Shown piece after piece: positions 29,201-36,756 of a stretch of DNA of 55,923 nt; within the stretch, counting starts at the first letter, position 1; the number at the start of each line of letters is the position of its first letter. The stretch comes from a virus. Its lineage: Duplodnaviria > Caudoviricetes. The stretch covers positions 1 to 55,923 of IMG/VR virus record IMGVR_UViG_3300035050_000030; one strand, 5' to 3'. A program made the position numbers and the translations under genes. A model generated the notes under the pieces. The model was not told the DNA's origin. It made no database searches and was given only the letters and a program-made list of their open reading frames with translations.

Positions 29201-32200
29201 GTGGTGGCAAAAGGAGGATCGGTGCAACAGAGCGGCCCCTTCTACTCCAAGAGCACAGAGAAAACCAACAACACCCCCGCCCAGGTAGAAAAAGAAGCAA
29301 AGTCCTTCCTCGGCAAAGGCTTCGAGAAGATGAAGCAAGCCGGAACGCTGAAGGTGGTGCAGAGTGTGGAGGATTTGCCAAAGGGTGGCTTGAAATCCAC
29401 TGTTAGCGCAAAAGAAAAGGCTCGTCGGGACGGTTATGATGTAGACAATATATACTACCATAGAACGTATGCAGGAGAGAGTTTGCCCGAAGCGGTTCGC
29501 CCCAGGGATGTGCTAGACAACTCTAATTTCTACGGTGGAATTTTTGCTACTACCGATCCACGGGGGTCATCCGGGCCGCAAACCCACGGTGACTTAGGTG
29601 CGTATGTGGCCCGCAACGCACTCAAGCATGGCGACGATGTAGATGTTAAAAGGGTGGAGGATGCTGTCCGTGCGGTAAGCAGAGAAACGCTGACAGCTGA
29701 AGAAATGGAGACCGTCTATGATGTTGTAGTTGATGATGTTAATTTCACAAAAACCGACATCTCGGAAGAACGCTGGCGTGACATATTGGGGGAATATGAC
29801 GAAATATACCCAATAGACGCGTTTCAACAGGTGTTCCGGGGCGAAGTTGCGCGCGAAATGGGTTTTGATGTTATTGACACCTACGATGAGCATGGTGTGA
29901 GTCAGATGTTGCTCGGTGGTGGTGATGTGCGCTTCCTTGGGCGTGTAGATAGTGAAAGCACCCTGTTTTCCCGCTCCGGCGACATAGCAGGCATGTACCA
30001 GGATGGCACCGTTCATCTGGTAGCCGACCAGATAGCCAAGGGCGAAACCGCTGGACTTCTGAAACACGAAGGCTTACACCTCCTGCTGCGCAACGATCCC
30101 ACCTTTAAGAAGCGCAAGGGCGAGATCATGCGCCAGTTCAAAAACCTCAAGAATACGCCGAAGGTGAAAGAGGCGTATGCCGTAGTACCCAAGGAGACCG
30201 ACCAGAACGTGCGCGACGAGGAAGCACTGGCGTACCTGGTGCAGAACCACAAAGAGCACAGCCTGGTTAAGCGGATCATCTCAGCGGTTAAGGCGTGGAT
30301 GTTCCGCAACGGTATTCCGGTAACAAAGCTGACCGAAGGTGACTTGACCGCATTAGCGGCACAGGGGGTTAAGCGGTTCAGCAAGGCACAGACGATGGAG
30401 CAGGCGTTAGCGCAAGCGGACGCAATGGTTGGCAGTGAGCAACCCGTATTCTCCCGCAAGCGCACCAAGGGCACCGAAGCGCAGGAGAAAGCCCTGCGCG
30501 AGACACAGGCGGTCCCTAAAGATGAAATGTCCTGGCATGAGCGCGTGCAGGACTGGATGAAGGGGATCAGCGAAAACTTCAATAAAGAGAACATCCGCCA
30601 ATCGGTATTTGACGAATATGCCAGTGTAGAGAGAGCGGAAAAGCAGAAATACGGCAAACTTCTGGACGCTGACTTTTCCCCATCCAAGGCGTTACGTGCT
30701 ACCAAAAACCTTGATTCAGTTATGGCGGCAATCTTCATGAAGGGTAAGATACGCCTCAACAAAAACGGCTGGACCGAACTTGTAGACCCGGAGAACGGCA
30801 AAGGGTTCCTGAAGATATTTGAACCCTTGTTCCAGTATGAGGGCGGATCACTCACCCGCTTGTGGGAAGGCTACGCCGGGGCGCGCCGAGCTAGGGAGTT
30901 GAAAGCGCAGAACCGCGAGAATAACTACAGCGACGAATATATAAGGGAATTGCTGACGCTCGGAGATGAGTACGACGGCACCAACGGCAAGCCGGACTTT
31001 AAGGCGATATTTGACGAATACCAGGCGTTCAACAAATCCATCCTGGACTTTGCCGAAGCTGCTGGCGTGATTGACCCCGAAACCCGCAAGTTCTGGGAAA
31101 GCAACGACTATATCCCGATGTATCGCATCCTGGACGCCATGGCTGAAGCTGTGGGGCCGAGCAAAAAAGGCGGCGTGGCAAACCAGACAAGCGGAATACG
31201 CAAGCTCGAAGGCGGTGTAAATAAACACGGCGGCGTACTGGAAAACATGGTAATGAACATGACCAAGCTGGTGGACGCCAGTTATAAGAATATCGGTGCT
31301 GAACGCGCCATTGACCTGGGGCTTGAAACCGGGCATGTTGACGAAGTTGCTGGATCAGCTGCGAATATAGATGAAGAGCAAGTCAGGGAGTATGTCAACG
31401 ATGTAGGCCTCGACTACGACGCTATGGACAAGAATCAACAGGAAGCATGGCGCAAGACCCTGGGTAAATTCAGCCCTGAAGGTGGGGATATTGTCCATAT
31501 TCTCAAAGACGGGAAGCGCAAGTATTACCGCGTGAACGACCCCCTATTTCTGCGCAGCTTGCAGAGCGTAGGCGGCACTGATAGCAATGTATTGGAACTA
31601 TTCCGCATGTCTAAAAGCCTGTTGACTAACACGGTTACGGCTGACCCTTCGTTTATGTTGGCGAACTTTCTGCGTGACTCCATAAGCACGTGGATGGTTA
31701 CAGGCACAAAAATGATACCGGTACTCTCCGGGATAAAGCAGGGCATGAAGGCGTGGAACGAGGACACGATGCTCTGGCAGATGATGGCAGCCGGTGCCGG
31801 GGGTGGGCGCTTCTACAACACCCGCTCCAAAGATGTGCGCAAGATGGCGAACCAGATCGAAAAGAAAATGAAAGATAAAAACTTCTCCGAGACGGTCCTG
31901 GATTCGCCGGGCAAAATATGGCAGTTCTGGCAGAAGATGGGCAACGCCTCCGAGAATGCAAACCGTCTGGCAGTCATGCAGGATTACCTTAACCGGGGAT
32001 ACACCCTGACAGAGGCCGCGTATCAGGCAATGGATGTAATGAACTTCACCCGCCATGGTGACGGGGTGATAATGAAGTTTATGATGGATACGGTGCCCTT
32101 CCTGAACGCACGTATTCAGGGCTTGGATCGCTTATATCGGGGGGCAAAGGAAAACCCCGGCACATTTGCTATACGGGGTGCAATGATGGGTATGGCCTCC

Positions 32201-33112
32201 CTCGCGCTATATATGGCGAATAAAGACCGGGAAGAGTACGACGATCTTCCTGAATGGGACAAAGATATTTACTGGCACTTTTTTACCCCTGTGGGACATT
32301 ATCGCTTTCCCAAATCATTTGAAGTTGGCGCAATCTTTGGTACACTTCCAGAACGTATTGCTGAAGCGATAAGCAAGGGCGAAACAAGATTCCTCGCAGA
32401 CGCAACAAAGCGAATGGTAATGGATACATTCGCCTTTGACCCCATGCCTCAGTTGGTAAGGCCGGCATACGAGATAGCCATTGACCGCAACCGCTTCTTT
32501 GATATGCCGATTGTAGGTTTTGACAAGTACCTCGAACCCGAAGCGCAGTACAACACCCGCACGCCGGTAAGTTATGTTAAACTCGCAGAAGCTATGCCGG
32601 ATATAGCGCCGGACTTTCTCAGAAGCCCGAAGCAGCTTGAACACCTCGTGCGGGGGTACACATCTTCTGTCGGTTCAATCATGTTCTGGATGGCTGACCG
32701 GATGATGGAGCAGGCGGGGATGATCGACAAGAAAGAAACCCTGCAACTCACGGAAGCGCCGGTAATAAAACGATTCTTCCGTGAGCACGACCCCAGAAGT
32801 GTGAAGTATTCCAGCTACTTCTACGATATGGTCAACGAGGCGGATCAGATATACAAGACCGTCAACAAGTACATGAAGTACGGACGCCGGGATGATGCCC
32901 GCGAACTCATAGACGACAACCGCGAACTGTTGCAAAAGCGTAAAGGCTTGAACCGTTACAAGAGGCAAATATCCGAAATCAACCGCACAATGGATAAGAT
33001 AGCCCGCTCAAGCCTTGCACCGGCAATAAAGGACGCACGCAACCGTAAGCTACAGCAGCAGAAAAACCGGCTGCAAAAGAGAGCCGTAGAAATCTACGGG
33101 GAAGGATTCTGA
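23207..33112 (+). CDS. Giant polyvalent (injected) protein: LPD5/LPD1-like zincin region, RadC/JAB, ART-like, metallopeptidase, LPD38-like C-terminus
   Basis: IDDFGEKLEGARKD, AHEWFHALD, HPREV...HNHPSG...PSRED, YYHRT, KHEGLH, LPEWDKDIYWHF...PKSFEVG. Confidence 0.85.
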   Translation: MAEKQIDWESFGRQLEEADKIEESVYGNLAEQRRQQTDHFGDTVTDVQAGVLGAGRGLVGLADLVTPGQLGKVVDEYTPLDEWEEQVESQYSPARQQAQADFANAEGITGKIGEIVKNPSLATSAAIQSAPSMLAGGGVARAGASLLSRGTKYLPKAADYLSKLKGVSKAKGALGKNAGAITRGAVGEGLISAGQQAEDIRSQTDTGETSATQDIIAAVTGAGTAAFGALGGRVAQKLGLADPDILAAGGDVVGAAVKKGMPRRAAETAFVEGIFEELPQSAQEQMLNNIALDRPVTEGLEDAVVMGAAAGGVMGGATGMVFGGGKSGDGFTIADDPKNPAETKVQPEQSEAEKQWESAWEGVAAQEDENQKRARVKDSQFGDEIPGENIMQVTQRQGLGLGPLTAPGRLLPYQEQATPEVPPEQASEPMPMSMSPEMFEQTGRMLPYSYRDNMSPEQQTERTNIALSERDRQQQSLTREQFAEAQKRVSQVDNYAQMRENTMRDIRNLERKKDLNKSQRNRLNKLRERFDRLTRVAPEKRTNADKVTREGNREFIPVMKRKEYRDVLPEYVRQNVLTKDEMGMGTVVDADVRGHAGKRTPSTNAAWAQDAIGVAGSAKALRNAVNKAAMGEPLGENQRIAVEIVADAYSRERVAAGLEEAKQRRIDTQNNTRMLKAAEGKPSSQFLEMDEQESAIYAEFDDEAKTLHELTAQAYDLADENSVDALLESDLSDGEIAAELYNLIERKTDGRQSQAGETVDRPAETAQGLEAGTAERNRPESTEGDVRQEVDPDQFPDATKMIETEQATEATAQPTADVAIEAGQGQRSESAAPDFEEMVKEAARWRGAALNHASNLDKKGKFKVSQRTTKGDLDEYLMRRYGIDETAARDVSNALTQRNVEDDRTADPADYEGEAWQQVGKPVASQPQDTAPVAPDENPAQADLPAERIKFVERKVDELGSIEAVDKKEAFQKADEGETPQQDAKGNEDSAPEDTSVSGEDNAQTLRQGDGEAVNIGVAYNRLMSRGDITAEEGKRVNEYFSGTKGMERLENLDGTKPVSDLMNEIKEGALGKNKPEKDTPGKTTREPKTNTDKKESSDAKGAEIDDFGEKLEGARKDMGNFTTSELESDSDIAASTLSKIWPKAEVDRLDDPQQAAFATVLRGMIPSKPRKRFALARWVDSVKTAKTLMEQLESKGFDAALSRMRSPEYPGLGVLADHIEVMAKLPRESWGRIDKIEVRPNAYHLDKDGKEVPAPFSMARIDGRNHHFDSVVELDAVAENINALLTEQPQGTSDAGKFEIRTQGGRYFINRKGDGEYRTLVSFDTFKEAKDFRKNETAKLAELWEAVKERDNVKKTDVRRKENRPRTGTDRRKGQDVTAEQFEQAFGFRGVQFGNWVKQGKAGRDRQGMLNQAYDALHDLADIVGIPSNAISLNGELGLAFGARGSGNAAAHYEPGTIVINLTKTKGAGSLAHEWFHALDHYFSRKRTGDTSPASREESFITYKPERLYVLKDNGRGYHQPLTMAEIKRRHERHPTSKLYNPENWQLDPNHPEGVRPEVEAAFADLVNQLNESPMSQRARVLDKGKADGYWGRIIERAARAFENYVIDKMMKNGYRNDYLANVTEYSEFARNKDRYPYLKGDELEPVANAFDNLFGTIETRETDRGVEIFEGPETYGTIQEGGSSNDQLSFDFNGKDTNNRDTADGNIRPSAGVSLLWRKGSLPIKRSIAADLEARLDTIQTGTFKSGITQINTPSDAAHVLAPLRKSGVEKFHVLVLDKDKAPRAIIDVSTGTVNSSLVHPREVVGPALDIPGAASVYFGHNHPSGVAEPSREDTAITDRLQDLFSGTGVEYAGHVIFGENGEYRALGDAANQKAAPGVRKSDVPVMQRKIVRRSQARGVTGPDDVAKYLRGNGVLLLDSKNKPVAWVEMTDAEMGKLRTGGTGSGSALLSRAASQTGAAGIIVSSQAPNAWKNVARYADKAGMRMLDAVVEGQGSVVAKGGSVQQSGPFYSKSTEKTNNTPAQVEKEAKSFLGKGFEKMKQAGTLKVVQSVEDLPKGGLKSTVSAKEKARRDGYDVDNIYYHRTYAGESLPEAVRPRDVLDNSNFYGGIFATTDPRGSSGPQTHGDLGAYVARNALKHGDDVDVKRVEDAVRAVSRETLTAEEMETVYDVVVDDVNFTKTDISEERWRDILGEYDEIYPIDAFQQVFRGEVAREMGFDVIDTYDEHGVSQMLLGGGDVRFLGRVDSESTLFSRSGDIAGMYQDGTVHLVADQIAKGETAGLLKHEGLHLLLRNDPTFKKRKGEIMRQFKNLKNTPKVKEAYAVVPKETDQNVRDEEALAYLVQNHKEHSLVKRIISAVKAWMFRNGIPVTKLTEGDLTALAAQGVKRFSKAQTMEQALAQADAMVGSEQPVFSRKRTKGTEAQEKALRETQAVPKDEMSWHERVQDWMKGISENFNKENIRQSVFDEYASVERAEKQKYGKLLDADFSPSKALRATKNLDSVMAAIFMKGKIRLNKNGWTELVDPENGKGFLKIFEPLFQYEGGSLTRLWEGYAGARRARELKAQNRENNYSDEYIRELLTLGDEYDGTNGKPDFKAIFDEYQAFNKSILDFAEAAGVIDPETRKFWESNDYIPMYRILDAMAEAVGPSKKGGVANQTSGIRKLEGGVNKHGGVLENMVMNMTKLVDASYKNIGAERAIDLGLETGHVDEVAGSAANIDEEQVREYVNDVGLDYDAMDKNQQEAWRKTLGKFSPEGGDIVHILKDGKRKYYRVNDPLFLRSLQSVGGTDSNVLELFRMSKSLLTNTVTADPSFMLANFLRDSISTWMVTGTKMIPVLSGIKQGMKAWNEDTMLWQMMAAGAGGGRFYNTRSKDVRKMANQIEKKMKDKNFSETVLDSPGKIWQFWQKMGNASENANRLAVMQDYLNRGYTLTEAAYQAMDVMNFTRHGDGVIMKFMMDTVPFLNARIQGLDRLYRGAKENPGTFAIRGAMMGMASLALYMANKDREEYDDLPEWDKDIYWHFFTPVGHYRFPKSFEVGAIFGTLPERIAEAISKGETRFLADATKRMVMDTFAFDPMPQLVRPAYEIAIDRNRFFDMPIVGFDKYLEPEAQYNTRTPVSYVKLAEAMPDIAPDFLRSPKQLEHLVRGYTSSVGSIMFWMADRMMEQAGMIDKKETLQLTEAPVIKRFFREHDPRSVKYSSYFYDMVNEADQIYKTVNKYMKYGRRDDARELIDDNRELLQKRKGLNRYKRQISEINRTMDKIARSSLAPAIKDARNRKLQQQKNRLQKRAVEIYGEGF

Positions 33113-33114
33113 TT

Positions 33115-33237
33115 ATGGCAAACCAGGGGTGGTTGTTGATTCTCACGGTGATAGGCGGGGTGTTCTTTGCCGGTAACTCACTTGCAATGATGCTCCTGGG
33201 TATCGTGCTAATAATTATTCTTGCCACGATTTTCTGA
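33115..33237 (+). CDS. 40-aa hydrophobic membrane peptide
   Basis: MANQGWLLILTVIGGVFFAGNSLAMMLLGIVLIIILATIF; starts 2 bp after the upstream stop. Confidence 0.5.
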   Translation: MANQGWLLILTVIGGVFFAGNSLAMMLLGIVLIIILATIF

Positions 33238-33261
33238 TCTAACCACACATACAGCAAAACC

Positions 33262-33293
33262 AAGGGGTTGCCTTAACGGGTAGCCCCTTTTTT
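33262..33293 (+). terminator. Intrinsic terminator ending the virion operon
   Basis: AAGGGGTTGCC-TTAACG-GGTAGCCCCTT followed by T-run. Confidence 0.8.
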
Positions 33294-33305
33294 GTGTCTT
33301 GGCTA

Positions 33306-33335
33306 TTGAGTACAATGGGTACACAGTGGTATACT
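33306..33335 (+). promoter_or_regulatory. Promoter upstream of the lysis genes
   Basis: TTGAGT-N18-TATACT with TG extension. Confidence 0.5.
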
Positions 33336-33371
33336 CATAAGTATAACCTTTCAGTTTATCACAGGGGACTT

Positions 33372-33962
33372 ATGGAAAACTACTGCGTTCTTATCGACCC
33401 CGGCCACGGAGGTATCTTCTCCGGTGCCGTAGCGGGCGGTGTGGAGGAAAAAGATATTACTCTTGGCGTGTCGTACCAGTTGTTCGAGAGATTGCGCGAG
33501 AAGGGCATACACGCGCTTATGACGCGCATGGCAGACCACGAGCTAAAACTAGACCTTGGCGCGGACCTCCAGGAGCGGTGCAATATCGAGCACAAGATCA
33601 GACCCGCGCTTTTCATCTCGCTCCACTGTAACGCTGCCTCCAGCGAGCAAGCACACGGGTTTGAGGTTTTCACTTCTCCCGGAGAAACCCCATCAGACGC
33701 AACCGCCGCAAACATCTACACCTACATGCATGCTGATCATCCGGATATCACTTACCGCACCGACTACAGCGACGCCGATCCGGACAAGGAAGCAAACTTT
33801 GCGGTCCTCACCGGCACGCGCGGCCCTGCGGTATTGGTAGAGCTTGGCTTTCTGACCCACCCCGAAGAACGCAAGCGCCTGACCAGCCCCCACTATACAA
33901 GCGCAATCGCTGGAACAATCGCAGAAGCAATCATTGCATCCCCCTGGCTTTTCGGGAGGTGA
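33372..33962 (+). CDS. Endolysin, N-acetylmuramoyl-L-alanine amidase (Amidase_3)
   Basis: IDPGHGG, EKD, FISLHCNA and PAVLVELGF motifs; ATG at 33372 has a GGGGA RBS. Confidence 0.93.
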   Translation: MENYCVLIDPGHGGIFSGAVAGGVEEKDITLGVSYQLFERLREKGIHALMTRMADHELKLDLGADLQERCNIEHKIRPALFISLHCNAASSEQAHGFEVFTSPGETPSDATAANIYTYMHADHPDITYRTDYSDADPDKEANFAVLTGTRGPAVLVELGFLTHPEERKRLTSPHYTSAIAGTIAEAIIASPWLFGR

Positions 33963-34285
33963 AATTGTCGGAAACATGCCACGACATACACAACAAAGTT
34001 GGGAACCTGAAAGTAACCGTAACCCTGGTTCTGGCAGCGTTCGGAACCATCCTGGTGTTGACCGGATATAACATCAACCAGACCCTGCAGACGCGGCAGG
34101 AAATGATCCGCACAATGGGCGAAATGCGCACCGAGATACGCGAAGATGTGGCCCGTATCGGCGGACAAATGAGCGCCACGAGCCTACGCATAAAGCACTT
34201 GGATGACCGCATATTTGAAAACCGGGAATTGCTTGTGGACCACGAAAAGCGGATACAGAGGCTAGAGAAGCATGAGGGAGAATAG
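33959..34285 (+). CDS. Single-TM coiled-coil protein, possibly holin-like
   Basis: TM segment VTVTLVLAAFGTILVLTGY; overlaps the endolysin stop. Confidence 0.5.
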   Translation: MKLSETCHDIHNKVGNLKVTVTLVLAAFGTILVLTGYNINQTLQTRQEMIRTMGEMRTEIREDVARIGGQMSATSLRIKHLDDRIFENRELLVDHEKRIQRLEKHEGE

Positions 34286-34456
34286 CGGGTGCATAGCAAT
34301 CAAAGCCTACGGAGCCTGCCGCTCGAAAAGCTGCAAAACATGTCACGCACAACCTGGCAACGTTGCCCGTACTCATGCTGTGGAGTTTGCCCGTGCCGGA
34401 CAGCCCGGCAGTGCAGTGCTTGGGATAGATGGCCCTGCAAGGTAGCGGAGGAATAA

Positions 34457-34579
34457 TTGAAGAAACTCAGATACATATTACTGGCAATAAAGTTCTTACT
34501 CCAAGGCGACAACCTTCAAGAAGCCCGAAAGTTCGCGGCTAAACTTGTGTACGGGTTTGAACGGCTGAGCAAGAAATAA
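34457..34579 (+). CDS. 40-aa hypothetical protein
   Basis: GGAGG RBS, TTG start, MKKLRYILLAIKFLLQGD... Confidence 0.45.
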   Translation: MKKLRYILLAIKFLLQGDNLQEARKFAAKLVYGFERLSKK

Positions 34580-34585
34580 AAACAA

Positions 34586-34669
34586 GGGCGCGTTGGGCAG
34601 GTGGTGAGCCCCACAGACTGTAAATCTGTCGCTAACGCTTTGGTAGTTCGATTCTACCCGCGCCCACCA
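34586..34669 (+). tRNA. tRNA-Tyr(GTA)
   Basis: Acceptor GGGCGCG/CGCGCCC+ACCA; anticodon arm ACAGA-CTGTAAA-TCTGT; long variable arm; T-arm GGTAG-TTCGATT-CTACC. Confidence 0.92.
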
Positions 34670-34799
34670 GTTAAGTTCCCGCTCTGCGTAAGCATCGGGC
34701 TCAAGTCCGCAATAGCGGCACAGCTCACCTACCAGGATGTAGGCGGAGTAACGGGGTTGTCGCATGGCATCCCCAGCTGATAACTATTCAGGAGGAAGC

Positions 34800-35297
34800 A
34801 TGGAACAGTACATCGGAGTAAAAATTATCAACGCCAAACCCATGAGCCGCCAAGAGTACAACGATTTTCGTGGATGGGAACTGCCCGAAGATGAGAACGG
34901 CGCAGATGAGGGCTATCTGGTCGAGTATGTAGACGGTGGACAGGCCAATACCGAGGCATACGAGGGTTATGTAAGCTGGTCGCCTAAGGATGTTTTCGAG
35001 CGCGCCTACCGCCAGACCGAAGGCATGACGTTCGGCATGGCAATCGAGGCGGCAAAGAAAGGCTGCAAGATCGCACGGAAAGGCTGGAACGGTAAGAATA
35101 TGTTTGTCGTGTACCAGAAGGGCTACCCCGAAGGCATCCCGGCAAACAAGAATACCGCTGAAGCCTTCGGCCTTGCAGAAGGGGAGCTGTTCAAGGTGCG
35201 CCCGTACCTGCAAATGCGCTGCGCTGATGGCACGCACCAGATGTGGCTTGCATCGCAGTCTGACATTCTCGAAGAAGATTGGGTTGTGGTGGGGTAA
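34800..35297 (+). CDS. DUF2829/Tad2-family protein with extra N-terminal domain
   Basis: MTFGMAIEAAKKGCKIARKGWNGKNMF...WLASQSDILEEDW; N-terminal YVSWSPKDVFERAY. Confidence 0.82.
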   Translation: MEQYIGVKIINAKPMSRQEYNDFRGWELPEDENGADEGYLVEYVDGGQANTEAYEGYVSWSPKDVFERAYRQTEGMTFGMAIEAAKKGCKIARKGWNGKNMFVVYQKGYPEGIPANKNTAEAFGLAEGELFKVRPYLQMRCADGTHQMWLASQSDILEEDWVVVG

Positions 35298-35524
35298 TGG
35301 CAAAGATAGAGGTTTTGCCGGAGCAGAGATGGGGTGCGGATGCCGCGCTCCATTCCGCCCTGGAATCCATAGGCCCTGAAGATAAGGTGTTGGTGTTAGG
35401 CATCATCACCCTTGAAGACGGCTCTACACAGCGAGTAATGCGCTCTGCGAACATGACGCAAGGTGAAGCACTGTTTGAGATGGAGCGCAGGAAGCTGGAA
35501 TTACTAACTGAGGTGGAGGGTTAG
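35297..35524 (+). CDS. Hypothetical protein
   Basis: TAATG coupling to the upstream gene. Confidence 0.6.
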   Translation: MAKIEVLPEQRWGADAALHSALESIGPEDKVLVLGIITLEDGSTQRVMRSANMTQGEALFEMERRKLELLTEVEG

Positions 35525-35665
35525 ATGGCAAACGGAAAATGCAACGCACCTACGGAAGTATACCAGCGCGTAACCGGGTTTTTCCGCCCGGTTCAAACCT
35601 ACAACAAAGGCAAGGCAGAGGAATACCGCGAACGCGTCAACTACAAACCGGAGACAAAGCTATGA
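35525..35665 (+). CDS. 46-aa stand-alone NrdD-type glycyl-radical domain protein
   Basis: GGAGG RBS; MANGKCNAPTEVYQRVTGFFRPVQTYNKGKAEEYRERVNYKPETKL; ATGA overlap with the next gene. Confidence 0.8.
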   Translation: MANGKCNAPTEVYQRVTGFFRPVQTYNKGKAEEYRERVNYKPETKL

Positions 35666-35838
35666 AAAAACTACTCGCATTACTTATTGTCACACTCATG
35701 CTGTCCGGCTGCGGCCTCAACTGGGAGGCGGGCTTTAGCGTGGGCGTTGATCTGGCAGAGCTGCGCAAAGAGCGCGAAGCCCAGGGCAAGCCACATATTG
35801 AAGACGTAGTATTCGGTGACGAAGATGCAGAAGATTGA
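35662..35838 (+). CDS. Small lipoprotein
   Basis: Signal peptide MKKLLALLIVTLM with LSGC lipobox. Confidence 0.75.
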   Translation: MKKLLALLIVTLMLSGCGLNWEAGFSVGVDLAELRKEREAQGKPHIEDVVFGDEDAED

Positions 35839-36262
35839 TAGCATTGTCACATATAAGAGCGGCTACAAGCACCAGAACGATAAGCTGAGGGTGTACCAGA
35901 CACGCATATGCCCACCCCAGGTGGTAGAATCCCGTTTTATCACCCTGAACACGGACGGACGCCTGTTCATAAACGGTGGGTATGCCTGGGACGGCCCCAC
36001 CGGCGTGCCGGAATGGCTGGTGAAACGTTGGATAAAGTGGCTCATGCGCCCAAGCCTGATCCATGACGCTCTGTGTCAACTCGCCCGCGAAGGTCTGCTA
36101 TCCCCCAAATACGCGGAGCAGATAGATATTGAGTTTAAGCTGGCGTGCCACCAAGACGCGCGTTGGAAGTGGCTTGGCAATACGGCTTACTTCTTTGTGC
36201 GCAAGTTTGGCAGCTTTGCCACCGACCCCGCAAACAAACGGCCCATCCTCACGGCCCCTTAA
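35816..36262 (+). CDS. DUF1353-like phage protein
   Basis: GYAWDGPT and SLIHDALCQL motifs. Confidence 0.7.
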   Translation: MTKMQKIDSIVTYKSGYKHQNDKLRVYQTRICPPQVVESRFITLNTDGRLFINGGYAWDGPTGVPEWLVKRWIKWLMRPSLIHDALCQLAREGLLSPKYAEQIDIEFKLACHQDARWKWLGNTAYFFVRKFGSFATDPANKRPILTAP

Positions 36263-36739
36263 TGCCATTGCCCCGGTAGCCCCTCCTTCTACCGGGGATT
36301 TTTTGACACCACATCCCGCAATCACATCGTCAACATCTTCCTTTCCCTGTTCGCTCAATCTTCTATAAGACAGAATCACCCACGCCTCGCGCTCGTCAAT
36401 CTCCCCTACGTAGGGTTGCGCCCCCGTATCAGTGATATTCGGAGCGTCTACGGATGTTTCGCGCACGATTGCCGACCCGGGGGACTCAAGCAGGCCCCTG
36501 CGCCTTTCCGTTGACCCGATTCCATCTCTAAGCCAAACTAGGTTTACATTTAGAGTGTCGGCCAGTTTACCTAAAACTATTTTAGATGGGTTCTTTTTTT
36601 CTCCAGACTCAAGCTGACCGATGTGAGCCGCTGAAACATCTACCTTATCCGCAACAGCCTTCTTGCTGAGACCTAGTTCAAGCCTTCTCTTTTTCACTCT
36701 TTCGCTAAACTGAGTTGTTTTTTTCGGTTGACATAGCAA
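36098..36739 (-). CDS. XRE-family HTH repressor (start uncertain, no S24 peptidase domain)
   Basis: FSERVKKRRLELGLSKKAVADKVDVSAAHIGQLESG...WLRDGIG; divergent from the cro-like gene. Confidence 0.8.
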   Translation of the reverse strand: MLCQPKKTTQFSERVKKRRLELGLSKKAVADKVDVSAAHIGQLESGEKKNPSKIVLGKLADTLNVNLVWLRDGIGSTERRRGLLESPGSAIVRETSVDAPNITDTGAQPYVGEIDEREAWVILSYRRLSEQGKEDVDDVIAGCGVKKSPVEGGATGAMALRGREDGPFVCGVGGKAAKLAHKEVSRIAKPLPTRVLVARQLKLNIYLLRVFGG

Positions 36740-36756
36740 TAAACCTGGTTTAGTTT
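36728..36756 (+). promoter_or_regulatory. Rightward lytic promoter with overlapping palindromic operator
   Basis: TTGACA-N17-TAGTTT; TAAACC-T-GGTTTA at 36740-36752. Confidence 0.65.

Noticed and set aside
35539-35661. N-terminal extension of the 99-aa ORF in the track
   Set aside because: Better explained by the glycyl-radical mini-gene in another frame plus a lipoprotein starting at 35662
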